Source: an uncultured Actinomycetota bacterium (GTDB lineage Bacteria > Actinomycetota > Actinomycetes > Propionibacteriales > Nocardioidaceae). Taken from it: a stretch of DNA of 64,000 nucleotides. Positions 38,165-47,580 of the stretch are shown here, piece by piece (position 1 is the first letter of the stretch; each line of letters opens with the position of its first letter). The stretch lies in NCBI GenBank assembly GCA_963849625.1, contig CAWKHU010000008.1, forward strand, positions 1,741-65,740, given 5' to 3'. The notes beneath the pieces were generated by a model. The model was not told the origin of the DNA, did no database searches, and was given only the letters and a program-made list of their open reading frames with translations. A program made the translations under genes and the position numbers.

Positions 38165-38203
38165 CACTGTGGGCGCGTCCTTCACCGGGACGCGCCCACA
38201 GTG
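38165..38203 (+). terminator. Intrinsic terminator hairpin
   Basis: Perfect 16-bp stem CACTGTGGGCGCGTCC-ttcaccg-GGACGCGCCCACAGTG after the lipoprotein gene. Confidence 0.8.
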
Positions 38204-38233
38204 CTGTCCGGTCGGCGTCGATAGGCTCCGCGC

Positions 38234-38875
38234 ATGGGAACTGTCCACCTGATCCGCCACGGTCAGGCGTCGTGGGGTAGCGCCGACTACGACCAGCTGT
38301 CCGAGCTGGGGCAGCAGCAGTCGACCGCGCTGGGCGTGTCATGGGAGGCCTCGGACTGGTCGCCGACGACAGCCGTCGCGGGCGCCATGAGGCGGCACGC
38401 GCAGACCGCGATCTCCGCGATCGATGCCTGCGGGCAGGGCGAGGGCTATGAGATCGACGAGGGTTGGGACGAGTTCGACCACCTCGCGATCGCACGTGCG
38501 CATGATCCGGCGTCGATGGATGCCGATCCCAAGACGTTCCAGGCGATGCTCAACCTCGCGCTCGACGGCTGGATTGCCGGAGGCGAAGGGGCCGGAGAGA
38601 CCTACGAGCAGTTCGTGGCCCGGGTCATGAAGGCCTTCGATCGCGTGGTGGCCGACGCGGGCTCGGGCCGATCGGTGGCGGTGTTCACCTCCGGTGGCCC
38701 GATTGCCCTTGTCGCCTCGCACCTGCTGACCGGTGGTGCCACGTTGTTCCAGCGGGTCAACGACGTCGTCATCAACGCCAGCGTCACCACGATCATCGTC
38801 GGCCAGTCCGGACCGCGGCTGCTGACGTTCAACGAGCACGGCCACCTGCCCCGCGACATGGTCACGTTCCGCTAA
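38234..38875 (+). CDS. Histidine phosphatase family protein
   Basis: LIRHGQAS, YDQLS, FTSGGPI, FNEHGHL. Confidence 0.9.
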   Translation: MGTVHLIRHGQASWGSADYDQLSELGQQQSTALGVSWEASDWSPTTAVAGAMRRHAQTAISAIDACGQGEGYEIDEGWDEFDHLAIARAHDPASMDADPKTFQAMLNLALDGWIAGGEGAGETYEQFVARVMKAFDRVVADAGSGRSVAVFTSGGPIALVASHLLTGGATLFQRVNDVVINASVTTIIVGQSGPRLLTFNEHGHLPRDMVTFR

Positions 38876-38900
38876 TTTGAGATACCGCTAGTATCTGGGC

Positions 38901-39701
38901 ATGAAGATCGCTCCAGATTCGCGTGTCCTGATCACCGGCGCAGCCTCCGGTCTCGGCCTCGCCCTCGTCCACCAGCTCGTCGAGCGCGGCGCACGCGTGC
39001 TCGCCACGGACGTGCATGACGAGGTCCCGGAGCCGCTGCGCGGCGTGGACGGTGTCTCATACCTGACCCTCGACGTGACCCACGACGTCGACTGGGCCAA
39101 GGCCCGTGACTGGGTCACTGAGCAGTGGGATGGCCTCGACTACCTGTTCAACAACGCCGGGGTCGCCGCCGGTGGCCGGATCGAGCTGTCCGAGATGGAT
39201 CAGTGGCAGTGGATCGTCGACATCAACCTGCTCGGCGTTGCCCGCGGCTGCCGCGCATTCACCCCGATGATGAAGGCGCAGGGCACCGGCCACATCATCA
39301 ACACCGCCTCGGCGGCCGGCCTGATCCACCCGCCACGGATGACCGAGTACGTCGCCGTCAAGGCGGGAGTCGTCGCGATCAGCGAGTCGTTGTTCCACGA
39401 GCTCAAGCCGTACGGCGTCAACGTCTCGGTCATCTGCCCGACGTTCTTCAAGACCAACCTCACCGAGTCGCTGCGCGGCAAGGACGAGCAGGCCAACACG
39501 TCGGCCGCCAAGCTGATCGGAAACGCCAAGCTGTCGGCCGACACGATCGCCGCCAGGGTGATCAAGGGGATCGAGAAGGGCCGCCACATCATCCTGACCG
39601 ACCGGGACGGCAAGGTTGCCTACGCCGCCAAGCGGTTTGCCCGGCCTGTTTACTACTCGATGATGAAGAAGGCCTCGTTCCAGATGGCGAAGAAGGACTG
39701 A
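38901..39701 (+). CDS. SDR oxidoreductase
   Basis: TGAASGLG, NNAG, YVAVK. Confidence 0.92.
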   Translation: MKIAPDSRVLITGAASGLGLALVHQLVERGARVLATDVHDEVPEPLRGVDGVSYLTLDVTHDVDWAKARDWVTEQWDGLDYLFNNAGVAAGGRIELSEMDQWQWIVDINLLGVARGCRAFTPMMKAQGTGHIINTASAAGLIHPPRMTEYVAVKAGVVAISESLFHELKPYGVNVSVICPTFFKTNLTESLRGKDEQANTSAAKLIGNAKLSADTIAARVIKGIEKGRHIILTDRDGKVAYAAKRFARPVYYSMMKKASFQMAKKD

Positions 39702-39702
39702 C

Positions 39703-40461
39703 ATGCGCAAGAACGTACTGATCACCGGCGCCAGCTCTGGCCTTGGCGCAGGGATGGCTCGCATCCTGGCGGCGAAGGGTCATCACCTGGCGCTGACGGC
39801 TCGCCGTGTCGACCGGCTCGAGGCGCTCAGGACCGAGCTGCTCGAGGCCAATCCCGACATCGAGGTCGTGGTGCACGAGCTCGACGTCAACGATCACGAC
39901 CAGGTGTTCGCGGTGTTCAAGCAGGCCATCACCGAGCTGGGCGGGCTTGACCGGGTCATCGTCAACGCCGGCCTCGGCAAGGGCGGCCGCATCGGCACCG
40001 GCAAGTTCTACGCCAACAAGCAGACCGCCGAAACCAACTTCATTGCTGCACTGGCTCAGTGCGAGGCGGCGATGGAGCACTTCTACGAGCGCAAGGCCGG
40101 CCATCTGGTGGTCATCTCGTCGATGTCGGCGATGCGCGGCATGCCCTCGTCGATGACGACGTACGCGGCGACCAAGGCTGGGGTAGCGATGATCGCCGAG
40201 GGCATCCGGTCCGACCTGATCGGTCGCAAGGGTCACGACATCAAGGTCACCACGCTGTTCCCCGGCTACATCGCCTCAGAGATGAACGAGGGTGTTCAGC
40301 AGGAAGCTCGGATGATGGTCGACACCGAGACCGGTTGCAAGGCGCTGGTGAAGAAGATCGAGGCCGAGGTCGTCGATGCCGCTGTTCCAGGATGGCCGTG
40401 GGCTCCGATCGGCAAGGTCATGAAGCACGCGCCACTGGGTGTCGTGCGCAAGATGGTCTGA
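39703..40461 (+). CDS. SDR oxidoreductase
   Basis: TGASSGLG, VNAG, YAATK. Confidence 0.92.
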   Translation: MRKNVLITGASSGLGAGMARILAAKGHHLALTARRVDRLEALRTELLEANPDIEVVVHELDVNDHDQVFAVFKQAITELGGLDRVIVNAGLGKGGRIGTGKFYANKQTAETNFIAALAQCEAAMEHFYERKAGHLVVISSMSAMRGMPSSMTTYAATKAGVAMIAEGIRSDLIGRKGHDIKVTTLFPGYIASEMNEGVQQEARMMVDTETGCKALVKKIEAEVVDAAVPGWPWAPIGKVMKHAPLGVVRKMV

Positions 40462-40483
40462 CCTGCTTCCTGCGACCGGAGAT
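40458..40483. repeat. Degenerate direct repeat, left boundary of aromatic islet
   Basis: CTGACCTGCTTCCTGCGACCGGAGAT aligns to 45984-46015 with 2 mismatches and one 6-nt gap. Confidence 0.55.
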
Positions 40484-40484
40484 C

Positions 40485-41132
40485 TCAGCCCGGGGTACCT
40501 GCTGGTAGGGGACGCGACGTGAGCTCGCGCGCCTCCTCGGCAGGGACACCGATCATGCACATCAGCTGTCTTGCCATTTCGTCTGCGGCTTCCAGAGTCA
40601 CGGTGTGGGGGTGCTCGATGCGCATGCGCAGCACGCCAAGGATTGCTCCACCCACCATGGCCAACGTCAGCGGGACGCTGGCAATGTCGATCGCTCCGGC
40701 GTCCTTGGCGATCTTGAGGTCTCGGAACGCGCGGGGTGCGAGACCGTTTGAGGTGTCAGCGAAGCTGAACCCATGGTTGACGATGACACGGGCAATCTCG
40801 TCGTGCGTCCACGCCAGGCGGCCGGAGACTCGTAGCGAAACGGCGAACACCTCGCGGGGATCTTCGATGGGGGCGGTCACTCCGTCGATCAGCTCGCCCC
40901 ACTCCTCGAGCACCTCCTGAGCCGCTGCGCGGAACAGCTCATCCTTGGACTCGAAGTGGTTGTAGAACGAGCCGAAGCCGATGTCGGCCGTGTCGGTGAT
41001 GTCCTGGATGCTCGCCGACGAGGCGCGGCCCTCGGAGATGATCGTGCGAGCCGCTTGGAGCAGCGCTCCCCGGGTGCGCGCCTTGCGCCGGTCGAGCCGG
41101 GTCGGCCGACTGGCGGTTTGACTCTCGCTCAT
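40485..41132 (-). CDS. TetR family transcriptional regulator
   Basis: RRKARTR, ITDTADIGFGSFYNHFESK; start MSESQTA. Confidence 0.92.
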   Translation of the reverse strand: MSESQTASRPTRLDRRKARTRGALLQAARTIISEGRASSASIQDITDTADIGFGSFYNHFESKDELFRAAAQEVLEEWGELIDGVTAPIEDPREVFAVSLRVSGRLAWTHDEIARVIVNHGFSFADTSNGLAPRAFRDLKIAKDAGAIDIASVPLTLAMVGGAILGVLRMRIEHPHTVTLEAADEMARQLMCMIGVPAEEARELTSRPLPAGTPG

Positions 41133-41176
41133 GGCACTCCTCACGGACTCCTGCACGGTGGCTGCAGCACAGCGTT

Positions 41177-41212
41177 TGACTATAGATTCATCATAACTGA
41201 TACTTTCATCAG
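41177..41212. promoter_or_regulatory. Putative TetR operator pair
   Basis: AT-rich TGACTATAGATTCATCA and CTGATACTTTCATCAG in the divergent tetR/VOC gap. Confidence 0.5.
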
Positions 41213-41233
41213 AAACGACGAGAGGGGTGCCTC

Positions 41234-42379
41234 ATGAAGGCAGAGATCGAGCTGGACGGCAACGCACCCGTCGAGGACGTCCACACCGGACTGCACAGCG
41301 AGCTCGGGGCCCTGCGGAGGGAGCACACAGGCCGCTCTGCTGACCCCGTGATCAAGGTCGTCGACCTGGCGTGGCTCGAGTTCGTCAAGCCGGACCTTGA
41401 CCGCGCCGAGGCGTTCGCCGTCGACTTCGGATTCCACGTCGTTGACCGTACGCCAGACGCCCTTCGTCTGCGGGGCACCTGGTCGGCCGCACCGTGCCTG
41501 GTGATCCGCAAGGGCAGGACCTCACACTTCCACGGCCCCACCTTCCTGGCCCAGACGGTGTCAGACCTTGATCGTCTCGCCCGCGAGACCGGTCAGTCCG
41601 TGATCGACCATGCGGGTGGAAGGGCCGTCGAGATGCGCGATCCGAGCGGCATCCCAGTCCGTGTCGTCGCTGGCGTGCCGACGTTGCCGGCCATCCCGGA
41701 GCGCGCAGCACTCGAGCTCAACTTCGGCGTCACCCACCCCCGTCACAACGCGACGCAACGTCCGGTCCTTGCGCCGGCGCAGGTCCAGCGCCTGGGTCAT
41801 GTGGTGCTCGAGACGACGAGGTTCAAGTCAGCGCTCCAGTGGTACCTCGACACCCTCGGCATGATCGTGAGCGACTTTCTGTTCCTCGACGACCTGCGCG
41901 ACCGTGGCCCAACGATGGCGTTCATGCGGTGCGACCTGGGCGACACCCCGTCGGACCACCACACGCTGGCAATGCACCTTGGCCCTCACACGGGCTACGT
42001 GCACTCGGCCTACCAGGTCACCGATCTCGACACCGTCGCCATGGGCGGCAAGTACCTCGGCGAAAAGGGCTACAAGCGTGTGTGGGGCATCGGTCGGCAC
42101 ATCCAGGGCAGCCAGATCTTCGACTACTGGCGTGATCCCGACCGGCTGATGTTCGAGCACTTCGCCGACGGTGATCTGTTCGACTGCTCGGTCGAGGCTG
42201 GCTGGGCACCTATGAGTGCCAGCGGTCTGGCGCAATGGGGGCCGCCGGTCACCCGCGACTTCCTGGGAACCCGCCCGAGCCCGGCGATGGTGAGGACTGT
42301 CCTCAAGGCCCTCGCTCTTGAGAAGAACGAGATCGATCCCGCTGCGCTCCGCAGCCTGATGAAAGCGATGAGTCATTGA
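41234..42379 (+). CDS. Two-domain VOC protein, probable extradiol ring-cleavage dioxygenase
   Basis: RLGHVVL, DHHTL, VHSAY, WGIGRHIQGSQIFDYWRDP, EHFADGD metal-site pattern. Confidence 0.82.
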   Translation: MKAEIELDGNAPVEDVHTGLHSELGALRREHTGRSADPVIKVVDLAWLEFVKPDLDRAEAFAVDFGFHVVDRTPDALRLRGTWSAAPCLVIRKGRTSHFHGPTFLAQTVSDLDRLARETGQSVIDHAGGRAVEMRDPSGIPVRVVAGVPTLPAIPERAALELNFGVTHPRHNATQRPVLAPAQVQRLGHVVLETTRFKSALQWYLDTLGMIVSDFLFLDDLRDRGPTMAFMRCDLGDTPSDHHTLAMHLGPHTGYVHSAYQVTDLDTVAMGGKYLGEKGYKRVWGIGRHIQGSQIFDYWRDPDRLMFEHFADGDLFDCSVEAGWAPMSASGLAQWGPPVTRDFLGTRPSPAMVRTVLKALALEKNEIDPAALRSLMKAMSH

Positions 42380-43323
42380 GCGTCAACATTGCCCGTACGT
42401 CCGATGGATGGTGGGTCGAGCAGGCCGGCCGGCTGACTCCGATCAAGACCAGCGCCGTCACCACAGCCGAGCTCTTGGCTGACCGGTCAGCGGTGGATGA
42501 AGCCGCAGCCGCTCCGAACGCCGTCGGTCCGTCGGTCGCCGATGCCGAGCTGCTCTCACCGGTCACCACCCCGGCGCGCGTTGTTGCCCAGATGGCCAAC
42601 TACCGGTCGCACGCGCTCGAGGCTGGCCTGCCTCCCGACGATGTCCCGGCGGCGTTCTTCCGCAAGGCTTCGGGCTCGGTCGCGGGCCCCGACTCCGACA
42701 TCATCTGTCCTCGCCATGTTCGATTCCTCGACTACGAGGTCGAGCTCGGCATAGTGCTCGGCCGACGCCTCGAGATCGGTGACGAGGTCACGGACGACAA
42801 CCTCGGCGACTACATCGCGGCGTACGTCATCACCAACGACGTCAGCGCCCGCGACGTACAGCTGACACGGACGCAGTTCTACGAGGCGAAGTCGTACCCG
42901 ACCTTCACGCCTGTCGGCCCCTTCCTGACACTGGTCGACTCGGCGGACCTGGCCGCGATGGCCGACTTGCGTCTCACCCTGTCGGTCAACGGCGAGGTGC
43001 GCCAGGACGAGACTGCGGCCGACATGCTCGTCGGCCCGGTGAAGGCCCTCAACCTGCTGGCCCGCTTCCAGGTGCTTGACGCCGGAGACCTGGTGCTCAC
43101 GGGGACGCCCGGCGGCACAGCGCTCAGAGCGCCCGCCAAGATCATCGAGAAGATTGGCGCATTGCTTCCGGCGAAGAAGAAGTGGGAGCTGTTCTTCAAG
43201 AAGCAGGCCTCCAACCCCCGCTGGTTGAAGGACGGCGACGTGGTCGTCACGACCATCGCGGATCCGTCTCGAGGCATCGACCTCGGCGTTCAGCACAACA
43301 CGGTGAGGAAGTCTGCGGGGTGA
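42376..43323 (+). CDS. Fumarylacetoacetate hydrolase family protein
   Basis: LDYEVELG, NDVSARD, KSYPTFTPVGP, LTGTPGG. Confidence 0.92.
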   Translation: MSVNIARTSDGWWVEQAGRLTPIKTSAVTTAELLADRSAVDEAAAAPNAVGPSVADAELLSPVTTPARVVAQMANYRSHALEAGLPPDDVPAAFFRKASGSVAGPDSDIICPRHVRFLDYEVELGIVLGRRLEIGDEVTDDNLGDYIAAYVITNDVSARDVQLTRTQFYEAKSYPTFTPVGPFLTLVDSADLAAMADLRLTLSVNGEVRQDETAADMLVGPVKALNLLARFQVLDAGDLVLTGTPGGTALRAPAKIIEKIGALLPAKKKWELFFKKQASNPRWLKDGDVVVTTIADPSRGIDLGVQHNTVRKSAG

Positions 43324-44801
43324 AGCACGTGCCGGTCGTCGTGATCGGCGCCGGCCCCACGGGGGTGGCGGCGGCGACGCTGCTCGCCCAGTACGGCGTC
43401 GACTCGGTCGTCATCGAGCGGCACCAGGACATCTACCCCCTGCCACGAGCGGTGCACCTCGACGACGAGGTTCACCGCATCCTGGACGCGTTGGGAGTCG
43501 CCACGCAGTTCCGTTCGGTGAGCCAGCCGGGCCGCGGACTCCGCCTCGTTGATCGCGACCTGAAGGTGTTGGCCCAGTTCGACCGAGGAGTCGCCGAAGA
43601 CGGGATCCCCCAGGCCAGCATGTTCGACCAGCCCGATCTCGAACGGCTGCTGCGCACCAACCTGGAGAAGTACCCCGAGGTGGAGCTGATGTCTGGCACC
43701 GAGCTCCTTGGGCTCGAGCAGGATGAAGCCCACGTCGTCGTGCACGCCAAGGATTCCCGCGGCAATCCGATCGAGCTGACCGCCGATTACGTGCTGGGGT
43801 GCGATGGCGCCAACAGTCTCGTGCGAGAGGCAATGGGGAGTCGTACGTGCGATCTCGGCTTCGAACAACGCTGGCTCGTCATCGACCTGAAGTGCTCCGT
43901 GCAGTTCGACGACTGGGACGGCGTGCATCAAGTCTGCGACACGCACCGGGCCGGCACCTACATGCGCATCGGGCCCGATCGGTTCCGCTGGGAGTTTCAG
44001 CTGCAGGAGGGAGAGACTCCTGCGGACTTCGGCTCACTGGCCGAGCTGAGGAGCCTGCTCGACGCCTGGGTGGGCGACGTTGCAGACAAGGATCTCGAGA
44101 TCATCCGGGTCGTCGAGTACACCTTCCGTGCCATGGTCGCCGATCGGTGGCGCAAGGGAAGGATGTTCATCCTCGGCGACGCCGCTCACCTGACGCCGCC
44201 GTTCATCGGCCAGGGTATGGGCGCCGGACTCAGGGACGCGTTCAACCTGTCCTGGAAGCTGGCCGACGTGATCCACGGGCGCCGCGCCGACGCCTTGCTC
44301 GACACCTACCAGGCCGAGCGCAAGCGGCACGTCCGTGGACTCATCAGGAAGGCCGTTCTCATCGGCAGTGCGATGACGGGTGGTCGCCGTATGGCCACCG
44401 GATTGCGGCGAGTCATCCTCCCGCGGATTCACCACCTCCCCGGCATGCGCCGGCTGGTACTCAGCAGTGCGACACCTCGACTGCGGCGCAGCGCGCTCGT
44501 CCGGAGACGGTCAGCCGGTTCGGCTGCCGGGAGCCTCGTCCCGCAATTCTTCGACGAGATGCTTGGGGCGCGAGCTGGCCTGCTCATCCTCGGACCCGTG
44601 GGCCAGGAGGACCACGCGTTGGCCGGGGAGCTTGGCGTGGTCGCGACGTGCGCCGAACCGACAGAGGCGTCGGTGTCGTGGTTCAAGGCACTGGGCGCTT
44701 CCGCGGTGCTGGTGCGTCCTGATCGTGTCGTGGCAGCGACCGGTGGCAGCTCTGCCGCGGTCCGCCGTCGGCTGCCGACAGTGTTGAGGAGCGCATCGTG
44801 A
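43320..44801 (+). CDS. FAD-dependent aromatic hydroxylase (MhpA-like)
   Basis: GTG 43320; GAGPTG, PRAVHLDDE, GCDGANS, GDAAHLTPPFIGQGMGAG, LVRPD. Confidence 0.9.
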   Translation: MKHVPVVVIGAGPTGVAAATLLAQYGVDSVVIERHQDIYPLPRAVHLDDEVHRILDALGVATQFRSVSQPGRGLRLVDRDLKVLAQFDRGVAEDGIPQASMFDQPDLERLLRTNLEKYPEVELMSGTELLGLEQDEAHVVVHAKDSRGNPIELTADYVLGCDGANSLVREAMGSRTCDLGFEQRWLVIDLKCSVQFDDWDGVHQVCDTHRAGTYMRIGPDRFRWEFQLQEGETPADFGSLAELRSLLDAWVGDVADKDLEIIRVVEYTFRAMVADRWRKGRMFILGDAAHLTPPFIGQGMGAGLRDAFNLSWKLADVIHGRRADALLDTYQAERKRHVRGLIRKAVLIGSAMTGGRRMATGLRRVILPRIHHLPGMRRLVLSSATPRLRRSALVRRRSAGSAAGSLVPQFFDEMLGARAGLLILGPVGQEDHALAGELGVVATCAEPTEASVSWFKALGASAVLVRPDRVVAATGGSSAAVRRRLPTVLRSAS

Positions 44802-45976
44802 CGGTCATCCCCACGTATGCCCCAGACCTCTACTCGCGTGACGCGATCCTCGACCCGTACCCACACTATTCGGCGCTGCGCGACCTGGGCCCGGTCGTGT
44901 GGCTGCCGGGTATCAAGGCCTTCGCGCTGCCGCGGTACGCCGAGTGCAAGGCCGCTCTGGCAGACGACGAGACCTTTGTCTCGGGTCACGGAGTGGGTCT
45001 GAACCCGGTCGTGAACCGCCTGTCTCGTGGCACGACCTTGACCAGCGATGGCGAGGAGCACGCCAAGCGCCGACGTCTGGTGGCGCATCGCCTGACACCT
45101 CGCGCCCTGCAGCCCATGAACGACGGGGTGGATCTCTTGGCTGCCGAAGTGGTGGATGCTGCAGTTGCACGTGGCGAGGTCGACGCGGTGGCGGATCTGG
45201 CGCAGGTGTTGCCGCTGTCGGTCGTTCCGGATTTCGTGGGTTGGCCGGAGGAGGGTCGCGAGAACCTGCTGCGCTGGGCGGGTGCGACGTTCGATGCGCT
45301 GGGGCCGATCAACCGGATCTCGGCACGGACGGCGCCATCGGCAATCGGAATGCTGCGATTCGCCAGCAAGGTGGCGCGCAAGCGGCTCGTGCTGCCTGGC
45401 AGCATGGGCGCGGACGTGCTCAAAGCCGTCGATGACAAGCACATCGATGCGTCGGAGTGCCCGGCTCTGATGATCGACTATCTCGCGCCTTCACTCGACA
45501 CGACGATCAGCGCGATCGCTTCCGCGGTGTGGTTGTTCGCCGAAAACCCTGAACAGTGGGAAGCGTTGAGGGCAGATCCGACGCGCATCCCCAACGCCGC
45601 CAACGAAGTATTGCGCCTTGAGTCACCGGTCCGTGCCTTCAGCCGCTTGACGGCACGTGACACCGAAGTCGCGGGGAGACCAATTGCCAAGGGCTCGCGG
45701 GTGCTGGTGATGTATGCGTCGGCAAACCGGGACGATCGTCAGTGGGATGGGCCTGAGCGGCTCGACATAGCTCGCAAGGCTGGGCCCCAGCTGGGCTACG
45801 GCTACGGGATACATGCTTGCGCGGGTCAGGGTCTGGCCCGCCTGGAAACTCAAGCGATGCTGCGAGTGCTGGTCGAACGAGTGAAGTACATCGAGCTCAC
45901 GGGCAAACCGACCTTCGTCGTCAACAACGTGATCCGCGGGCTCAGCTCGCTGCCCGTCAGACTAGTCGCTGCCTAG
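44798..45976 (+). CDS. Cytochrome P450, possible aryl O-demethylase (CYP199-like)
   Basis: DPYPHY, I-helix APSLDTT, EVLRLESP, SANRD, GYGIHACAG. Confidence 0.9.
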   Translation: MTVIPTYAPDLYSRDAILDPYPHYSALRDLGPVVWLPGIKAFALPRYAECKAALADDETFVSGHGVGLNPVVNRLSRGTTLTSDGEEHAKRRRLVAHRLTPRALQPMNDGVDLLAAEVVDAAVARGEVDAVADLAQVLPLSVVPDFVGWPEEGRENLLRWAGATFDALGPINRISARTAPSAIGMLRFASKVARKRLVLPGSMGADVLKAVDDKHIDASECPALMIDYLAPSLDTTISAIASAVWLFAENPEQWEALRADPTRIPNAANEVLRLESPVRAFSRLTARDTEVAGRPIAKGSRVLVMYASANRDDRQWDGPERLDIARKAGPQLGYGYGIHACAGQGLARLETQAMLRVLVERVKYIELTGKPTFVVNNVIRGLSSLPVRLVAA

Positions 45977-46111
45977 CTCCGGACTGAACTGCTTCAGTTT
46001 CCTGCGACCCGAGATGATCACCCGGCTGGCGATGAATCCCACGCCTGCGGCGTGCGTTGCCAGCACGAGGCCGAGCAGGACACCACCGATGATCAGGATC
46101 CACTCAGTCAT
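45962..46111 (-). CDS. Unannotated 49-aa single-pass membrane protein
   Basis: Manual translation MTEWILIIGGVLLGLVLATHAAGVGFIASRVIISGRRKLKQFSPELGSD; hydrophobic helix, basic tail, GGGTGGA upstream; below the ORF-track cutoff. Confidence 0.55.
   Translation of the reverse strand: MTEWILIIGGVLLGLVLATHAAGVGFIASRVIISGRRKLKQFSPELGSD
45984..46015. repeat. Degenerate direct repeat, right boundary of aromatic islet
   Basis: CTGAACTGCTTCagtttcCTGCGACCCGAGAT; core TTCCTGCGACCnGAGAT is 16/17 identical to 40467-40483. Confidence 0.55.
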
Positions 46112-46157
46112 GGCGTCCACCCTAAAGGCTCGAGCTCACGCAGAGGCGCGTTTGGCC

Positions 46158-47493
46158 TCAGCGCATCAAGAACGGCTGAGCGGTTGACTCGAGGACGCTG
46201 AGCCACAGGTCGCCATCGGGTGAGACGCTGTGCGACCCCTGGGTGACGAACGGGATCGGCACGTTGACGAATCTGTGCCGCCGACGTCCCACAACCATGT
46301 CCGTCCGGCCCGCCATCGCCGCATGCACTGCGGTTTGTGCCAGGCGTGCGCAATAGACCGAGTCGGACGCATCGGCCGGCACCGACCGGATCGCGTACCC
46401 GGGGTTGAAGTAACGCATCGTCAGCGGTTGGCCGGCGTTGGCGCTAGCCGCATTCAAAAAGTGCTTGGTGATCTGGTCGCGCAGGTAGCGCGCGATGTCG
46501 CCGAGCACGGCGTTGCCACTGGGATCCGTGCGATCACTGGCCGGTATGAGTCCCTGTCCGGCGCCCTCGGCCAGCACGATCACCGCGCTGCCCTTGTCAG
46601 CGACCCGGCGTTCGAGCAGGGCCAGCAGGCCGTTGTCGCCGTCGAGCGAGAAGTCGACCTCGGGGATCAGCACGAAGTCGGCGTCGTGATTTGCCAGTGC
46701 GGCGTAACAGGCGATGAAGCCGGCGTGCCGACCCATGACCTTGACGATGCCGACGCCACCGACGGCGGCCTCGACCTCGACCCGCGCCGCCTTGATGGAC
46801 TCCGCGGCCTTGGCGAACGCCGTGGAGAAGCCGAAGCTCTGACCGATGTGCGGGATGTCGTTGTCGATCGTCTTGGGTACGCCGACGACCCCGATCCTCA
46901 GGCCACGCCGTTCGATCTCGACGACGATGTTGTGGGCGCCGCGCATCGAGCCGTCGCCGCCGATGACCATGAGGATGTCGACGTCGAGGTCGACCAGCCG
47001 GTCGACGATCGCGACGGGATCCTGGGCGCCGCGTGAGGTGCCGAGAATGGTGCCGCCGCGCTCGTTGATGCGCGCCACGGACTCGGGTGTCAGGGCCATG
47101 ACGTCGTGACCGTGCTCGGCGATCAGCCCTGCGTACCCGTGCTGGAAGCCGATCACGTCGCGTACGCCGTAGTGCGTGTTGAGCTCGAGGACGATCGCGC
47201 GAATGACGTCGTTGAGGCCGGGGCACAGTCCGCCGCAGGTCACGATGCCCACCTTGGTCGTGGCGGGCTCGAAGAAGATCTTGTTGCGCGGACCGCCGGT
47301 CTCGAACGTCGGCAGGTCGTCCGAGGGGGACATCGCGCGACGCGATCAGCGCGAGGGTGTCGTCGTACAGGATGCGATCGTCCTCGCCGACGTAGTACTC
47401 GTTCGTCGTACGCCCCTCGAGGTACTTCGCGAGCGGGGAGTCGATGGCGCAATCGCCGAGTGAGCTGACCTGGAGTTCGGCGAGGGTGACCAC
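46158..47493 (-). pseudogene. pfkA: ATP-dependent 6-phosphofructokinase with a one-base frameshift near 47321-47329
   Basis: TCGGLCPGLN, GGTILGTSRG, IGGDG, PKTIDND, MGRHAG in 46158-47333; the N-terminus MVTLAELQVSSLG lies in another frame from 47493; removing one base joins them. Confidence 0.8.
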
Positions 47494-47580
47494 GCCTCGA
47501 TCCTATCTGAGGGAAACCTCATGTTTCCCGGGGTTGTCGCACCATCTCAGGGGAGGAACAGGCTGGGCCTCGCGGGCGAG

